63,973 nucleotides of DNA, filler included, from Octopus bimaculoides (GCF_001194135.2; 5 parts of 5 records of this genome joined end to end with filler, not necessarily neighbours in it); one strand, 5' to 3'. Positions 25,708 through 38,810 are shown, numbered from the whole stretch's first letter. The notes: generated from the sequence alone by a model not told the origin. Made by a program: numbers and translations.

Positions 25708-26040
25708 TGGTTTCGATTCCCAGACCGGGCGTTGTGAGTGTTTATTGAGCGAAAACACCTAAAGCTCCACGAGGCTCCGGCAGGAGATGGTGGCAAACCC
25801 TGCTGTACTCTTTCACCACAACTTTCTCTCACTCTTACTTCCTGTTTCTGTTTGCCTGTAATTCAAAGGGTCAGCCGTGTCACACTGTGTCACGCTGAAT
25901 ATCCCCCGAGAACTACGTTAAGGGTACACGTGTCTGTGGAGTGCTCAGCCACTTGCACGTTAATTTCACGAGCAGGCTGTTCCATTGATCGGATCAACTG
26001 GAACCCTCGACGTCGTAAGCGACGGAGTACCAACAACAAT
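25708..26040 (+). mobile_element. SINE family B (head lost in gap), (CAA)n tail
   Basis: ggtttcgattcccagaccgggcgttgtgagtg…gacggagtaccaacaacaa; matches the other B copies. Confidence 0.92.
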
Positions 26041-26864
26041 TATTCCAGGCAACAAAGGGTAGTTAGTGGCTTGGCAAAATGTCAGACAAAATACTTTGCA
26101 GTATTTGTCCCGGCTTCTTGCGTTCTGAGCTCAAACTCCGCTGAAGCCAATATTGCCTTTTATCTTTAAAACGTTGATAAAATAAACACAGTATTTACTG
26201 CAGAACTGTTAGAGCTTCGGATGAAATGCTTTCCCATATTTGCGCCAACTCTTTTGGTTTTGAGTGCAGAGACAGGTTCTGTGAACTTACTTATATTATG
26301 CAGACAAGATTGTGTATTCTAAAAAGTACCCTCAGGAAGGCAGCGAAAAACCACTGTACTCTACCATGAAAATTTCACAAGCTCACAGACATTGCCTAAA
26401 AAGTTGTTTGTTAGCTAATGTCTCAAGACTGAAGGGTATTACGTTTAGCTAGTTGGGCTACATTGTACGAACTTCCTCGTTGGCTGATGTTGCAATAGGT
26501 AAGTGACAACTATAAATAGGACTTGGAAACACTATCCAAAAACGTAGACTACAGCAGTGAGAACTCCACTGTTCTCACGGTTGTTGCGCAGTAGTAATGC
26601 AGTAGATGCGGCAGCAGTAGTAGTAGTGATGCTAAGATAGCAGATGGAAATAGTGGAGTCTTATTTAGAGATAAAGATAACTATTTGGTGGCCGCAATCT
26701 GTGTCAGTATCTTCAGTAGAACTATCAAGTACAACCAAGAGTATGTAGAAACTGCAATGTTAAAGAGATAGTTAAGGAAGAATACATTGGAGGGTTAGAA
26801 GTCCACAAAGCAAATCATATTGGATTACACTTGATTTACATAACTATCATCTCCCGCATGCATA

Positions 26865-27012
26865 CACACACACACACACACACACACACTCATATATATA
26901 TATAAACACACACACACACACTCATATATATATATAAACACACACACACACACTCATATATATATAAACACACACACACACACACACACACTCATATATA
27001 TATATAAACACA
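26865..27012. repeat. Compound minisatellite [(CA)n-CT-CA-(TA)n-AA] x4
   Basis: The unit cacacacactcatatatatatataaa is visibly repeated four times. Confidence 0.85.
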
Positions 27013-27016
27013 CATA

Positions 27017-27195
27017 CGCGGTCTGATCAATAAATATCCGGACTGTTGCCATAGTTACGAAGCTAAAGCACGCAGAGTAAAGCTGCTGGGCACAGACTAA
27101 CCTTGAACTCTGCTGTGTGTGCGCATTAACTTTTAACTCCTAGCTTACTTCCGCTGTTTACAGCAGTGCTTGGCAGGAACGTGTGTATCGTGTGA
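27017..27195 (+). mobile_element. Mariner-type 5' terminal fragment
   Basis: TA followed by cgcggtctgatcaataaatatccggact, resembling a mariner TIR; no matching right end seen. Confidence 0.55.
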
Positions 27196-27376
27196 AGTTT
27201 TTATCCTTCTCGATACATAAGGTTTTATAAGTGGCAATTTGCAATTGATGGCGGATTTAATTGCATCTAATGTTTAACTGCACTTAACCATTCTTTTTTT
27301 TATGTATGTGTGTGTGTGTGTTTTTGATTTAGTAAGCTTCTTTCTTGGAGAGATTAAGTAATCTTGAGGTCTAGAA

Positions 27377-27560
27377 CAGTGCTCTGCAACCGGTATGTCG
27401 CGGCACACTGGTGTGCCACAAGACGATGCTAGGTGTGCCGCAGTGTAACCTGGATATATTTTTTTCCCTATACTTTAGTTATATTTTTAGTTCAAGTATG
27501 CCGCCAAATTTTCAAAAGAATATAAGTATACCGCAAGTGAAAAAAAGTCGCGGAGCTCTG
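27377..27560. mobile_element. hAT (Charlie-like) MITE
   Basis: Imperfect TIRs cagtgctctgcaac and gtcgcggagctctg. 8-bp flanks GTCTAGAA (27369-27376) and GTCTAGAT (27561-27568) fit the NTCTAGAN target. Confidence 0.85.
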
Positions 27561-27589
27561 GTCTAGATGTTACTGACTTGTATAAGCCT

Positions 27590-27940
27590 AATAGTTCTCT
27601 CGCGATGTAACAGAATAAAGAGGACAGCCGAAATATTCTATATAGAAGAGACAAGAATTCCAGAGCATTTATTTCATGGAGAATTATGTTCTGGGGAAAG
27701 AGGCTCCCGAAAAGCAAAGCTGAGAAACAAACGCAATATTAAAACTACTATGTAAAACAGGTAATTAAATCTGTATAAAAAAAAACAAGAGGTAAAATTC
27801 ACATGGAAAATTGAGAAATAATTGAAATAAATATGGCCCTATGCAGAAATATATATTTAATGCGTCCGAGAATTTTGAAGAGAATTGCATTAGACATGCA
27901 AAACTGAAACGACACGCGAAAAAAGGTGACATAGATAGAA
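27590..27940 (+). mobile_element. RTE-clade LINE 3' fragment
   Basis: EETRIPEHLFHGELCSGERGSRKAKLR…NIKTTM and FNASENFEENCIRHAKLKRHAKKG, typical of the RTE ORF2 C-terminus. Confidence 0.75.
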
Positions 27941-29704
27941 ATAATCCCCACAAATATTCAAGTTGTATCCGAGTTTGTGCTTCTGAAGCTGGTCTTGCTA
28001 GCTACACAATATTACGTGAACCAAAGCAAGCTAATAATAGAGCAACGCCACCTAAAAAGAACATGTCTGCCAATCATGTTACAAACGATGTCATTTTGTT
28101 GGTGGTTAGAAAAGACACATGTCAGAACACAATGCCAGTTGTCATGATTCGGAATTGAAGTTAATAATAGATCTTTGTATGTGTGTATGTATGTATGTAT
28201 GGATGGATGGATGTATATATATATGTGTGTGTGTTTGCATGTGTGTATGTATGTATGTATGTATGTATGTATGTATGTATGTATGAGTATGTATGTATCT
28301 GTGTATGCATGCATATGTGTATGTATGTGTGTGTATATGTGTTTATGCCTGTACGTATACGTGTGTACGTATGTATCTATGTATCTATGTAAGTATATAT
28401 GTACATGCATGTGTGTATTTATGTGTGTGTGCTTGTATCTGTGTGTGCATGTATGCATATGTATGTTTGTATATATGTGTACGTACGTATCTATGTATGT
28501 ATTTATGTATGTATAAATAAACCAGGTGAGGCTNNNNNNNNNNNNNNNNNNNNNNNNNNNNNNNNNNNNNNNNNNNNNNNNNNNNNNNNNNNNNNNNNNN
28601 NNNNNNNNNNNNNNNNNNNNNNNNNNNNNNNNNNNNNNNNNNNNNNNNNNNNNNNNNNNNNNNNNNNNNNNNNNNNNNNNNNNNNNNNNNNNNNNNNNNN
28701 NNNNNNNNNNNNNNNNNNNNNNNNNNNNNNNNNNNNNNNNNNNNNNNNNNNNNNNNNNNNNNNNNNNNNNNNNNNNNNNNNNNNNNNNNNNNNNNNNNNN
28801 NNNNNNNNNNNNNNNNNNNNNNNNNNNNNNNNNNNNNNNNNNNNNNNNNNNNNNNNNNNNNNNNNNNNNNNNNNNNNNNNNNNNNNNNNNNNNNNNNNNN
28901 NNNNNNNNNNNNNNNNNNNNNNATATATATGTATATATGTATATATATATATATATATATTATGTACAGACTTGTATATGTAACAGATGCTATACTTATC
29001 ATTACATATATATTTATACATCACTATATTCACATGAATATACACATGCATGCATACATATATGTATGCATATAGTTGTATGTGTGTGTTAATATATATG
29101 CTATAGATACATATTACATAATATAGAAGCGCACGCAAACATACACACACACACACATGCACGCACACACATATACACACACGCGCACACCCATACGCAC
29201 ACATTAATTTTATTCAAGCAGGAATTACATAAACTGCGACTGGCAGTTTCAAGTTCCATCGATTTTCAAGCAATCAATGAAATAAACGAAACATTTTTAT
29301 TTTTATATACAAGATAATGAAAAAAATAATATTATTAGATATACACGTTAACAATATGAAACCTTTTGATGTAGTTGCAGCGGTTTTCGTATAAGGCTTT
29401 CATCAACTTCCCCGCTACTCTTTTTGAAAGAATAACGACAGATAACGAATATTTTTGATGCACGTTATCTAAAAGGAAAGTAACATATTATTCGTCTGCT
29501 TATTTAAGAGTTTTTCCTGAAACTGTAATCAGTATACGTGTCAATCTGTTTGTGGAACTGTTTGGGAAACTCTCTCTCGCAATCTTGAGTTCTTCACACC
29601 CCTGCGAGACAGAAGCTCATAAGGCCGGTTTCCCAAAGTCTGTGGAGTATATTTTCATCCATCACCCCACCTGAACGGGCGCCGGTCGATTCGCAGGATT
29701 ATTC

Positions 29705-29770
29705 ACGAGAGGTGCTGAAAAGTTTCTGGCTTTAAGAGCAACGTGAAAGACCTGGCTGGAGGTCCCACCT
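29705..29770 (+). mobile_element. Mariner-type terminal fragment
   Basis: cgagaggtgctgaaaagtttctggcttt resembles a mariner TIR; short and isolated. Confidence 0.4.
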
Positions 29771-29849
29771 GCTCTTACCAACATTCTCTTGCGAATATGG
29801 TAAATAAATGAAGAAGGGTAATCTTACCCGTATAATGGGAAAGGGAGAA

Positions 29850-30620
29850 AAGAGAAAAAGGGTAAGTCCAATAAGATGTGTAGAGCTCTGATTCACCCTA
29901 GTTGTCGGCCAATCAGTTGTATGTAGATGAGTTGCTATAGTATTGTTTGATACTCAGTGCACTCTTCCAGCTAAATCGTGTGGTCGGTGGAAAGTTAAAT
30001 CTTGATTTCTATAGATGGTTAGTGGATGGTATGTGCTATGATGGCTTGGAAACGATTCAGAACGTCGATGAGGACCATCGAGTATACGACCTGTAAGTCT
30101 CTTTCTGAAGGACGTTCAAATCGGGTATTATGAACAATGTCCAAAAGACCTTAATCTCACAGTGCTCCATGCAAGTATTGCTTGTTAGAATAAACTGCAT
30201 AGTTCGCGTAGGAGCCACCAGCAACCGACAGAACCTCTCCGAGCTGCACACAGCTTTACAGACTTGCTCAGTACACTGTCATTCAATGTCTGTGCATTAG
30301 TGATGTGTGAGTGGGTGGGTCTTGTTGAGTCTTGAAGAAGGGTCATTGCCCATGATCTTTCGAGGCTTTCGAGACCGGTGGCCTTGATGCCATTAATTTT
30401 CTGTTTAAACTGTAACAGGTCAACACGTGCAGGAAAGGCACTTAGCGTGGAAGGGATTCCAGGGGAGCAACATTCGGGAAAGCAAGAACTGGACATAATG
30501 GCTAGTTCGAGGTCGAGGGGTTTGGACGCACCAAGAAGGACGAGAGAAGGTTGAACGACGAGTGGGTAGGGTATGGCTGAGTCGTTTATGTCGATCAGCT
30601 CTTATCATGTTCAGGATTAA
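29850..30620 (-). mobile_element. Heavily decayed LINE C-terminal region, possibly I-clade
   Basis: KQKINGIKAT…TRPTHSHITN and LEECTEYQ resemble the NKL.IK…GHT.LTH…HIL.EC pattern; many stops. Confidence 0.33.
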
Positions 30621-31082
30621 TCTAGTTATCAGCTGAGACTACCGTAAAGATCGAACCATCGTTTTCCTTTAGCAAGAATGGATCATATTTATGGTAGCAA
30701 TTGCGAGAGAAGCAATATAGTGGACGCGCTTCAAATGTTTAAGATGAGTGCTTTATTTCTCGTTAGAAGCTCTCATCAACCTCTGCAAGTATCACTTGAG
30801 CTTAATCAGTCGGTGCCTGTGCCTCAGTTTATGTCTCCAAGAAATTACAAGCAATGCAGTACACCGCGCTTAATATAGGCCCCGAAATATTACCTCCAAT
30901 GTGTGCTGGACATCGTATGGCAGGCTAGTGCATCGTACGGCACGGTGAAGCACCAATCCCACTGTGAAGAGAAGGTGATTATTACCTCTGCAATCATCCT
31001 GTTGATTTAAACATGGTTGTGTTTTTAACAAGTTCGTTTACGCAAACCATAGCACAAAAATAACCTCAGCCACAACATTGGG

Positions 31083-31187
31083 AGTGACGTGATCATGATT
31101 GGCAGTGACATCACCACGATCATTAGTGACGTCACTACGATCAGTAGTGACATCATCACGATTAGTAGTGGCAACATTAATAACTAT
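31083..31187. repeat. 21-bp tandem repeat, about 5 degenerate units, containing CRE-like cores
   Basis: Units start at 31083, 31104, 31125, 31146 and 31167 (agtgacrtcaycacgatyagt); TGACGTCA at 31127-31134. Confidence 0.85.
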
Positions 31188-32479
31188 GCAGTAACACTGC
31201 GAGGAAATGACCACAGAACTACTTATTAAAAGTGCTATGAACAGTAGACACCCAACTCACTCATTTACATATCAGTTACTTCAATGCCGATGCACATAAA
31301 TTAATTAAAGTATTGAAGTAGAATGATGTGTACGGGAATAAATTGAAAATCAGCTTATATGCTTTCGTTCAACGAATATAAATTTAGACTCTTTGTGTAA
31401 ACAGAGCTTGTGGTTAACCACAGTTCACTCTTTCTCTCCAATCTATCTGTGTGTGTGTGTGTGTGTGTGCGTATGTGTGTATGTGCATACATATATATGT
31501 ATATGTGTGTGTATGTGTGTGAATACACGTGTGTATGCACGTGTGTGTGTATGGATTACTGAAAGTCTGAGTTACAAAAAATAGATAAAAGTACTCAATA
31601 CATAAAACAGAGAGCATATATTTTGTTAAAATTTGAAGTTTCTTAAACCATAACTTTTCACAATCGGGTAGTTTAAACGTTAAACAAAATGTCACAACCT
31701 ACGAATAAAACTTGAAAAGACATCAAGATATATTTTAGCTGGCAGTACTTTTCGATTAGATTTTTTTTGCCTATATTAGTACGATATTGTAAGCTATAAG
31801 AATAATTTTACCATATACGTTTACGTTTCCAATTTTGTATTTGAGAATATTAGTATTGTTCTATATGCAATGTATCCTGTGTTTGAAAACACTGTTTTAA
31901 CCCGTTAATCCGTCATTGCAGTAGCGAGTGGCATGATCAAACGCTTGATTTCTCACCAGACGATATGCTGGATATGTGCATACTGGTGTAACTAAGTTTT
32001 TCAGGACTATTGGAGAGTGGTTTGAAATGTTATTAATGTACTGTAATTTTTCATTAAGTTTACTGAACTTTACTGAGCATAATCTAAAGTTAAGCTTAAC
32101 AAATTGACTTACACTTAGATTCATATCAACTGTAATCTTTAAATCTAATTCTTTGAATCAGTTTATCTTATGATCTTACAGCATCCATTGTATGATCAAT
32201 CATACTTTGTAAAATGAATAATCGTTCGTCGCGGTAAAATGATCAAACTACTCGCAGCGAAATTTCTCTCAAAGTAAATCTAAATTATATAATCCAATTA
32301 ATTCCTGAAACTCAGTCTCATCGTTTGATTCCATATTTTCCTCAAATAAAACCTACTCATATGTTTAAATCTAATAGAACTAACGTAAAATAGAGCATAA
32401 TAATTTTAATACCAGATTTACTAATTCGAAAACAAAACTCGACTGAATTCTAAATCTGATTGCCCTTGCTAATTTACAG

Positions 32480-32574
32480 GTCAATACTATACTGAATGTA
32501 CTTTTCACTGAGCAAGACAAGACGATACTGATGAGACGGAACTCAGGCCATTGATATTCGTCTCTGAAACAAAG
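32480..32574 (+). other. Isolated exon-like segment, closed in all three frames
   Basis: Branch-like CTAAT plus tttacag acceptor and AAG|GTCAGA donor. The best frame QYYTECTFH*ARQDDTDETELRPLIFVSETK has one TGA. Confidence 0.25.
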
Positions 32575-32956
32575 GTCAGACTCTCTTTGTTTTTGTCTTG
32601 ATTCTTTCTTTTTTCCGGTTTGTTTTTGTTTGTTTTGTTTTTTAACACATTAAGTCAACCGTGAATTAACGTAATCTTAAATTCCAAATTTAGAAGACAT
32701 CTCCTTATTCTATTTAGAGTGGCTAACAGTTAATGTTAGATTCCTGCTCACACCACTCTCTCCCTCCCTCCCTCCCTCCCTCTATCTCTCTTTCTTCCTT
32801 TCTTTCTTTCTCTACCTATCTATCCATCTACCTTTTCTTCTTTCTTTATCTCTCTCGCTCCACTCCGTAAGGGAAATTTTAATATATCATGAATTGATTG
32901 TCAGTACAACCGACATCGTATATACTATGTTTATATATGTGTGTGTATTTATGCGT

Positions 32957-32993
<37 letters not shown>

Positions 32994-33790
32994 ACTCACT
33001 CTCTCCCTCTCTCCACACACACACTCACACACGGGTAAAGAGAAAGCAGGGAGAGAAAATAAGACACAACGAAAGAGAAAGCGAAGATTATCGGCTGAAA
33101 CACATAAATAAATAAATATATTATATAATGTGTACTGCATCAAAGCTTATTATACATCTATAATATCAAAAGGGATACAGAATATAAGTAAAAATGTGCT
33201 TCAATACACAAAATAGATGCTAATAATAGACCAGAAAAAAATCAATATCCACACTAACAAACAATAAAATTATTGATTTCTCTCTTAAGTACACAAAACC
33301 CTAGTTTCAGAAAAACCACCTGGTATATTGTGATATTCATTAATTTTACAAGGGCATTAACAATATAGGATAATGAAATGATTACAATTTCAGAATAGAC
33401 ATTGTGTCGTACGCGTTTTTGTTGCTGGCAGCTCTTACTATTTTAAATTATTGTCGCTTATTGTGAATACAGGCAATAATTGTCAACGTAATTATCGTGG
33501 ATATACGCAAATAATTACGTTGATAATGTATCTTAATGAATCTTAATTCCATTAGAATTATTTAATCCTATTAAGGTGTTGAGAGTTACTTACTGAACTC
33601 CTTTAAAAAATATTAATTTAAGTTGGAATTGTAGATTAAACAATAGAACAGAAAATAATAATTACAGTTCTAATCTGCATTTATATGTGTATACCGTACA
33701 TACACGCACGCACATACATATATAAACATGTGTGTATAAATATGTACGTTTATAAATGTACGTGAGTGTGTGTTTGTAAGATATATGACT

Positions 33791-33843
<53 letters not shown>

Positions 33844-34915
33844 GATAAAATGTAATTAACTATAATATAATTACTTATCTAGTTAATCACAGTCAATTAT
33901 GTCAGCATTATAGTTATACAATTAGCATTGATATGCTATGGTAGTGCCTAGCATAATCGCATCCGATAAAAGATTATATATATNNNNNNNNNNNNNNNNN
34001 NNNNNNNNNNNNNNNNNNNNNNNNNNNNNNNNNNNNNNNNNNNNNNNNNNNNNNNNNNNNNNNNNNNNNNNNNNNNNNNNNNNNNNNNNNNNNNNNNNNN
34101 NNNNNNNNNNNNNNNNNNNNNNNNNNNNNNNNNNNNNNNNNNNNNNNNNNNNNNNNNNNNNNNNNNNNNNNNNNNNNNNNNNNNNNNNNNNNNNNNNNNN
34201 NNNNNNNNNNNNNNNNNNNNNNNNNNNNNNNNNNNNNNNNNNNNNNNNNNNNNNNNNNNNNNNNNNNNNNNNNNNNNNNNNNNNNNNNNNNNNNNNNNNN
34301 NNNNNNNNNNNNNNNNNNNNNNNNNNNNNNNNNNNNNNNNNNNNNNNNNNNNNNNNNNNNNNNNNNNNNNNNNNNNNNNNNNNNNNNNNNNNNNNNNNNN
34401 NNNNNNNNNNNNNNNNNNNNNNNNNNNNNNNNNNNNNNNNNNNNNNNNNNNNNNNNNNNNNNNNNNNNNNNNNNNNNNNNNNNNNNNNNNNNNNNNNNNN
34501 NNNNNNNNNNNNNNNNNNNNNNNNNNNNNNNNNNNNNNNNNNNNNNNNNNNNNNNNNNNNNNNNNNNNNNNNNNNNNNNNNNNNNNNNNNNNNNNNNNNN
34601 NNNNNNNNNNNNNNNNNNNNNNNNNNNNNNNNNNNNNNNNNNNNNNNNNNNNNNNNNNNNNNNNNNNNNNNNNNNNNNNNNNNNNNNNNNNNNNNNNNNN
34701 NNNNNNNNNNNNNNNNNNNNNNNNNNNNNNNNNNNNNNNNNNNNNNNNNNNNNNNNNNNNNNNNNNNNNNNNNNNNNNNNNNNNNNNNNNNNNNNNNNNN
34801 NNNNNNNNNNNNNNNNNNNNNNNNNNNNNNNNNNNNTGTGTGTGTGTGTGTGTGTAACGCACATGAATGAAAACACACTAACAGGGACGTAATTGTCCGA
34901 AAAATGCCGATCGAG

Positions 34916-34970
34916 AATTCTTAATACTGACGTCAGTTTCGGCAATTTCCGTTGTCTCATCAGTGAAATC
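34916..34970 (-). ncRNA. Type I hammerhead ribozyme motif with palindromic stem III
   Basis: Minus strand: atttca-CTGATGA-GACAA-cggaaa-TTGCC-GAAA-CTG-ACGT-CAG-TA-ttaag. Complete conserved core; GUA cleavage triplet (A = 34925); stem I has one early mismatch. Confidence 0.72.
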
Positions 34971-35304
34971 CATTCGATTGTTGGGCTTTTTCCGGACCTG
35001 CCTCGCTATTAGTATTTATTTTTTCACTAAATGCAGGTACCTATCCTAGTAACCAAAGTTTATATATGGACCTTCAAATTACAATTTTTTTTACTCGTAA
35101 ACCCCGATTAGGAACCCCTGGTCTAGAGTATCAATCTCAACTACTTCAGCATAAAACTTTTTTGAGACCGTTGAGGCATTCAGTTAGTGATTTTACCTCA
35201 TAAAAGTAGTCCTTTTATTTTTTTTACCCGTTTCAGTCATTTTGACAGCGGCCCACAGCGTAAACTAGACGAGAACTGAGATAAATCGGTCACAGGCAAC
35301 GCTG

Positions 35305-35690
35305 TGTAGTTAAAGACCTCATTTTGCGACTGTTTTTGAGTTCAGTCCCACTGCGTGGCATTTTGGGTAAATGTCTTCTTATAGCCCCAGGCCAACCAAT
35401 GCTTTGTGAGTGATCTTCATAGTCAAGATCTGTGTCGAAGCCGTCGTATGTGCATGTATATACGTATGTCTTTGCGTTCGTATTTGCGTATTCCCTCCCT
35501 AACCACTATCGCTTGGCAACTAGTGTTGGTTTGTTTATGGCTCCGTAACTTCCCACTCAGGAAAAGGGATGGATAGAATAGGCACCAGACGTTTCAGATA
35601 ATTACTGGGGACAATTTCTTCGACTAAACCCATCAATTTAGTGCCCCAGTATGGCTGCAATCCAACGGGTGAAACAACGATAAAAGATTA
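35305..35690 (+). mobile_element. SINE family A, full length, diverged
   Basis: gagttcagtcccactgcgtggc head, short internal microsatellite and family A 3' half. Confidence 0.8.
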
Positions 35691-36259
35691 CGAAGCCTTC
35701 CTGTGTCTGAATGTGAATGCATTCTTTCTATGCTGTTGATGTGTGGGTGATAAAGAGTGAGGAATTTTCCTGAAGGACGGTTTCATATGTTTGACCGCTC
35801 CTCAGAGATATATCCTACTTCCTTCCTCAATCAGCAGCTCAGATGAGCTACTATATTAAAGACAGTCATGAATTAGGCTAGCGGTTTGCGTGTGCGCGCG
35901 ACCGCATATATAAACGGGGGTGGGGCATGTGTGTGTGTATGTGTGTGTATGTGTTGAAGGCTAATTGCTACATATATACATGCTTTTTACTCACTTTCAT
36001 GGGAGACTCTCACACAGTGAACAAATGCAATCGAAGTTTCCCATGTGTAGTTTCCAGTATATCAAACTGAACACTAACGAAGCTGTCAGATTGTAAAAAT
36101 AGGAAAGGTTTTTAATCGTTTACGTAACAGAAGACAAATAAATAGATAATTAAATAAAAGAGGAAAATTTTATGTGATCAAAAGTTAATTGACAGGTTAA
36201 TTAGATTAATTTTGCCGATTCATTGTCATGGCTTGTTTATAAGATAGATTATTTGTTAG

Positions 36260-36560
36260 TTTTCTTGACAACCAGTGTTGGGTTTTTTTTTTACCTCCCC
36301 GTAACTTGGCGGTTCGGCAAATACAGATAGAAAGATTACCAGGCTTTGAAAAACATTAGTACTGGTGTCGATTCGTTCCACTAAAACCTTTCAGGGCGGA
36401 GCCCCAGTATGGCCGAAAGGTGCAGCCTTGTCTCACACACTGTGTCACAGAGATTCTGGTTGCAATTTACGTTAAGAGTAGACGAGTCTGTGCAATACAT
36501 GGTCACGTACAAGGTAATTCAGTTGGTTGAACAACTGAGACTTTATCGTCAAACAACGGA
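36260..36560 (+). mobile_element. SINE family A 3' fragment followed by a diverged family B-like fragment
   Basis: cttgacaaccagtgttgg…ccgtaacttggcggttcggcaaa…gccccagtatggccg, then gcagccttgtctcacacactgtgtcac…acgttaag. Confidence 0.65.
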
Positions 36561-37189
36561 CATTATCACCATGGCCCTTTAATGATATGGATATTTTACA
36601 GAATGTATCGTAATCCACCTTGATTTTCGAATGAGATAAAAGTAATAAAATGTTATTGACTTCGATAGGAGTTGTAGGAGTACAGTATTTATGTTTTATA
36701 GATTATGTGCCGATGTGCTAAGAGTATTTGTTTAATAATAGATGTATTGTATACAGGTAGAGTCTTACATGTTTCGGTTGTGCAAAACTTACACGGTTTT
36801 TTATTACCACAATACGATTTTGCGAAGTTTATGATAAGCCAGTTGCTTGTGTATGCACTATGCTTGTTCTGCTTTTCAATTCTCATATGAACAAGATAAA
36901 GAAGTATATATAATTCTGCATATATTGTGATAGGTGAGTGTGCATATGCTTGTTTATTTGTGTGTTTATGCGCGCGCGTATGTGTTACAACGAGTTTATT
37001 ATAATAGTATATCTATATCATATAGCCGCTCTGCTTATCAGCGTTAAATCTTTGACATAATTTGTGGTTTCGTTTGGTCGTTAAAGAAATAAAAAGTAAA
37101 CACTGTGTATGGATGTAGGTATAAATACGAGTGTATATGTGTGCGCGTGTTTCTTCGAAAGCACATCTTGTCGTAATTGCTCGAAATGT

Positions 37190-37686
37190 GGAGTAGATAA
37201 AACAGCCGACAACTGATGAACGGTCGTTCTTTATGTTACTTGTCTTGTTTTTCCATTTGTTTCTATCGTTGTTCGCATAAAATAGTTCGCATTCCATGTT
37301 TTCGTATTTCATGTTGCTTACCTTTTGTGACGTCCTGTACCCATATGTGCATATATATACATATACGTATGTATGTAAGTATATACATATATGTATGTAT
37401 ATATGCATATATATATTATATACACATATATATAACATAAATAATATATAAATATATGCATATATCCATACATATATGTACATACCTACATCTATATGTA
37501 TACATGCATGCATGTATGGGTACAGGACATCACAGAAAACGTTAAACACAATGAGAAACGAAAACATAAAGACGAAGACAAGAAACGAACTTTTTTTTCG
37601 AACAACGGAAAAAATAAACAGAGAAACGAGACATGCAACAAAAAGAATATTTCCCTTCTTCAGTTGTCCCTGTTCCATCTACTCCG
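37190..37686. repeat. Tail-to-tail pair of a CTGAWGA-containing repeat family around a shared microsatellite
   Basis: 37190-37344 (+) and 37516-37686 (-) both run ggagtagat…acaactgawgaa…gttcg…gtgaygtcctgtacccat into the central TA/TG array. A related copy lies at 53585-53680. Confidence 0.8.
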
Positions 37687-37854
37687 CCTGTTGTTATTTG
37701 ACGTTGTTGAAAAACTGGTCACTTTGTACCCGGGACATTGGCTTTTGACTTCCTAAGGGAATAAAAGCTGGAGGCAAAATTCTTTTGTGCCAAAAACAAG
37801 GGGTGCGCGTGTGAACGTGCGCGCACACACACACATACACACACAAGTTTGTGT

Positions 37855-37892
<38 letters not shown>

Positions 37893-38189
37893 ATCTATCT
37901 ATGTACAGAAGGGTAGAAAAAAGATATACCGCTAGTTTTTTTTATGTGTTGTATTTTAGAATCATCACCCCACTCTGCTGTGATGATTCTAAAATACAAC
38001 AAGCTGTAAGGAACTAGTTTGATTTTTGTAGATAATAAGGGTGCGCAGATTATGAATTTTGAATGAAGAGCTAGGGCCCGGAAGCAAAAAGTTGCAGAGG
38101 CCCTCTAAAAGTTATGCGACGGCCTTGGTATATATGCACGTGTATGTCATGCAGTGGGACTGATTTCGGAACCATGTATTTGGAAAGCA

Positions 38190-38810
38190 AGCTTCTTACC
38201 ACTTTTGTATCTAGAGCACATTGGGCGGCAAATCACTCCACTGGCTTCTGGTGTCCTCTACATCCGGCTATGTGATATTAGCCTTTCTCATGTCGGTTAT
38301 GAATTTTTCTGCGCATGTACTTTCCTATCTACCTCTATTTTCTCCCCTTTGGTGGTGTCCATTTGAAAGCTGTTTTAGAATGACGTTGTTCTGGTAACGG
38401 AGGTGTGTGACCTGCTAGTCTTCGTTATGCAATAACTTCTCTGAGTGGTCTTGCGCTGGTTCTCTTTAAATGTCATCATTGTTTACATAATCTTGCCAGA
38501 AGGTTGTTAGAATCCTTCTGAAGTATCTTTGAAGAATCTTCGATGAAAAACATCTAGCTTTCTGTTTACTTTCACCGTGCTCTTCCGTGTCTCACTGACA
38601 TAGAGAACTGTTGGTTATACTATACTGTTATAGAGCCAGACATTTGTAAAGCAGGTGTCGGTTGACTATACAGTGCACATTCTCTAGAACAGAGTCGCGG
38701 CTTTGCGAATCCATGGTTGATGTTAGTCTCAATATCGCCATTGTTACTAACGGTGCTACCCAGATAACTAGACATTTCTTGGACTACATCCTTCTGCAGA
38801 TAGACCTTTG
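38190..38810 (-). mobile_element. RTE-clade LINE, RT C-terminal/3' fragment
   Basis: SYLGSTVSNNGDIETNIN, LDVFHRR, RLAGH..LPEQRHSKTAFKWTPPKGRK across frameshifts. Confidence 0.85.

Noticed and set aside
26291-26318. 28-nt minus-strand microexon candidate with a GTAAGT donor
   Set aside because: Gives a stop when joined in phase to the 46.5-kb candidate exon; no independent support.
26865-31187. Short periodic arrays as CRISPR-like repeats
   Set aside because: No unique spacers, no cas genes, and a eukaryotic context; these are ordinary minisatellites.
38070-38127. CAAGGCCGTCGC…GGGCCC hAT-like terminal fragment
   Set aside because: Only one short end, with no partner TIR or TSD found.
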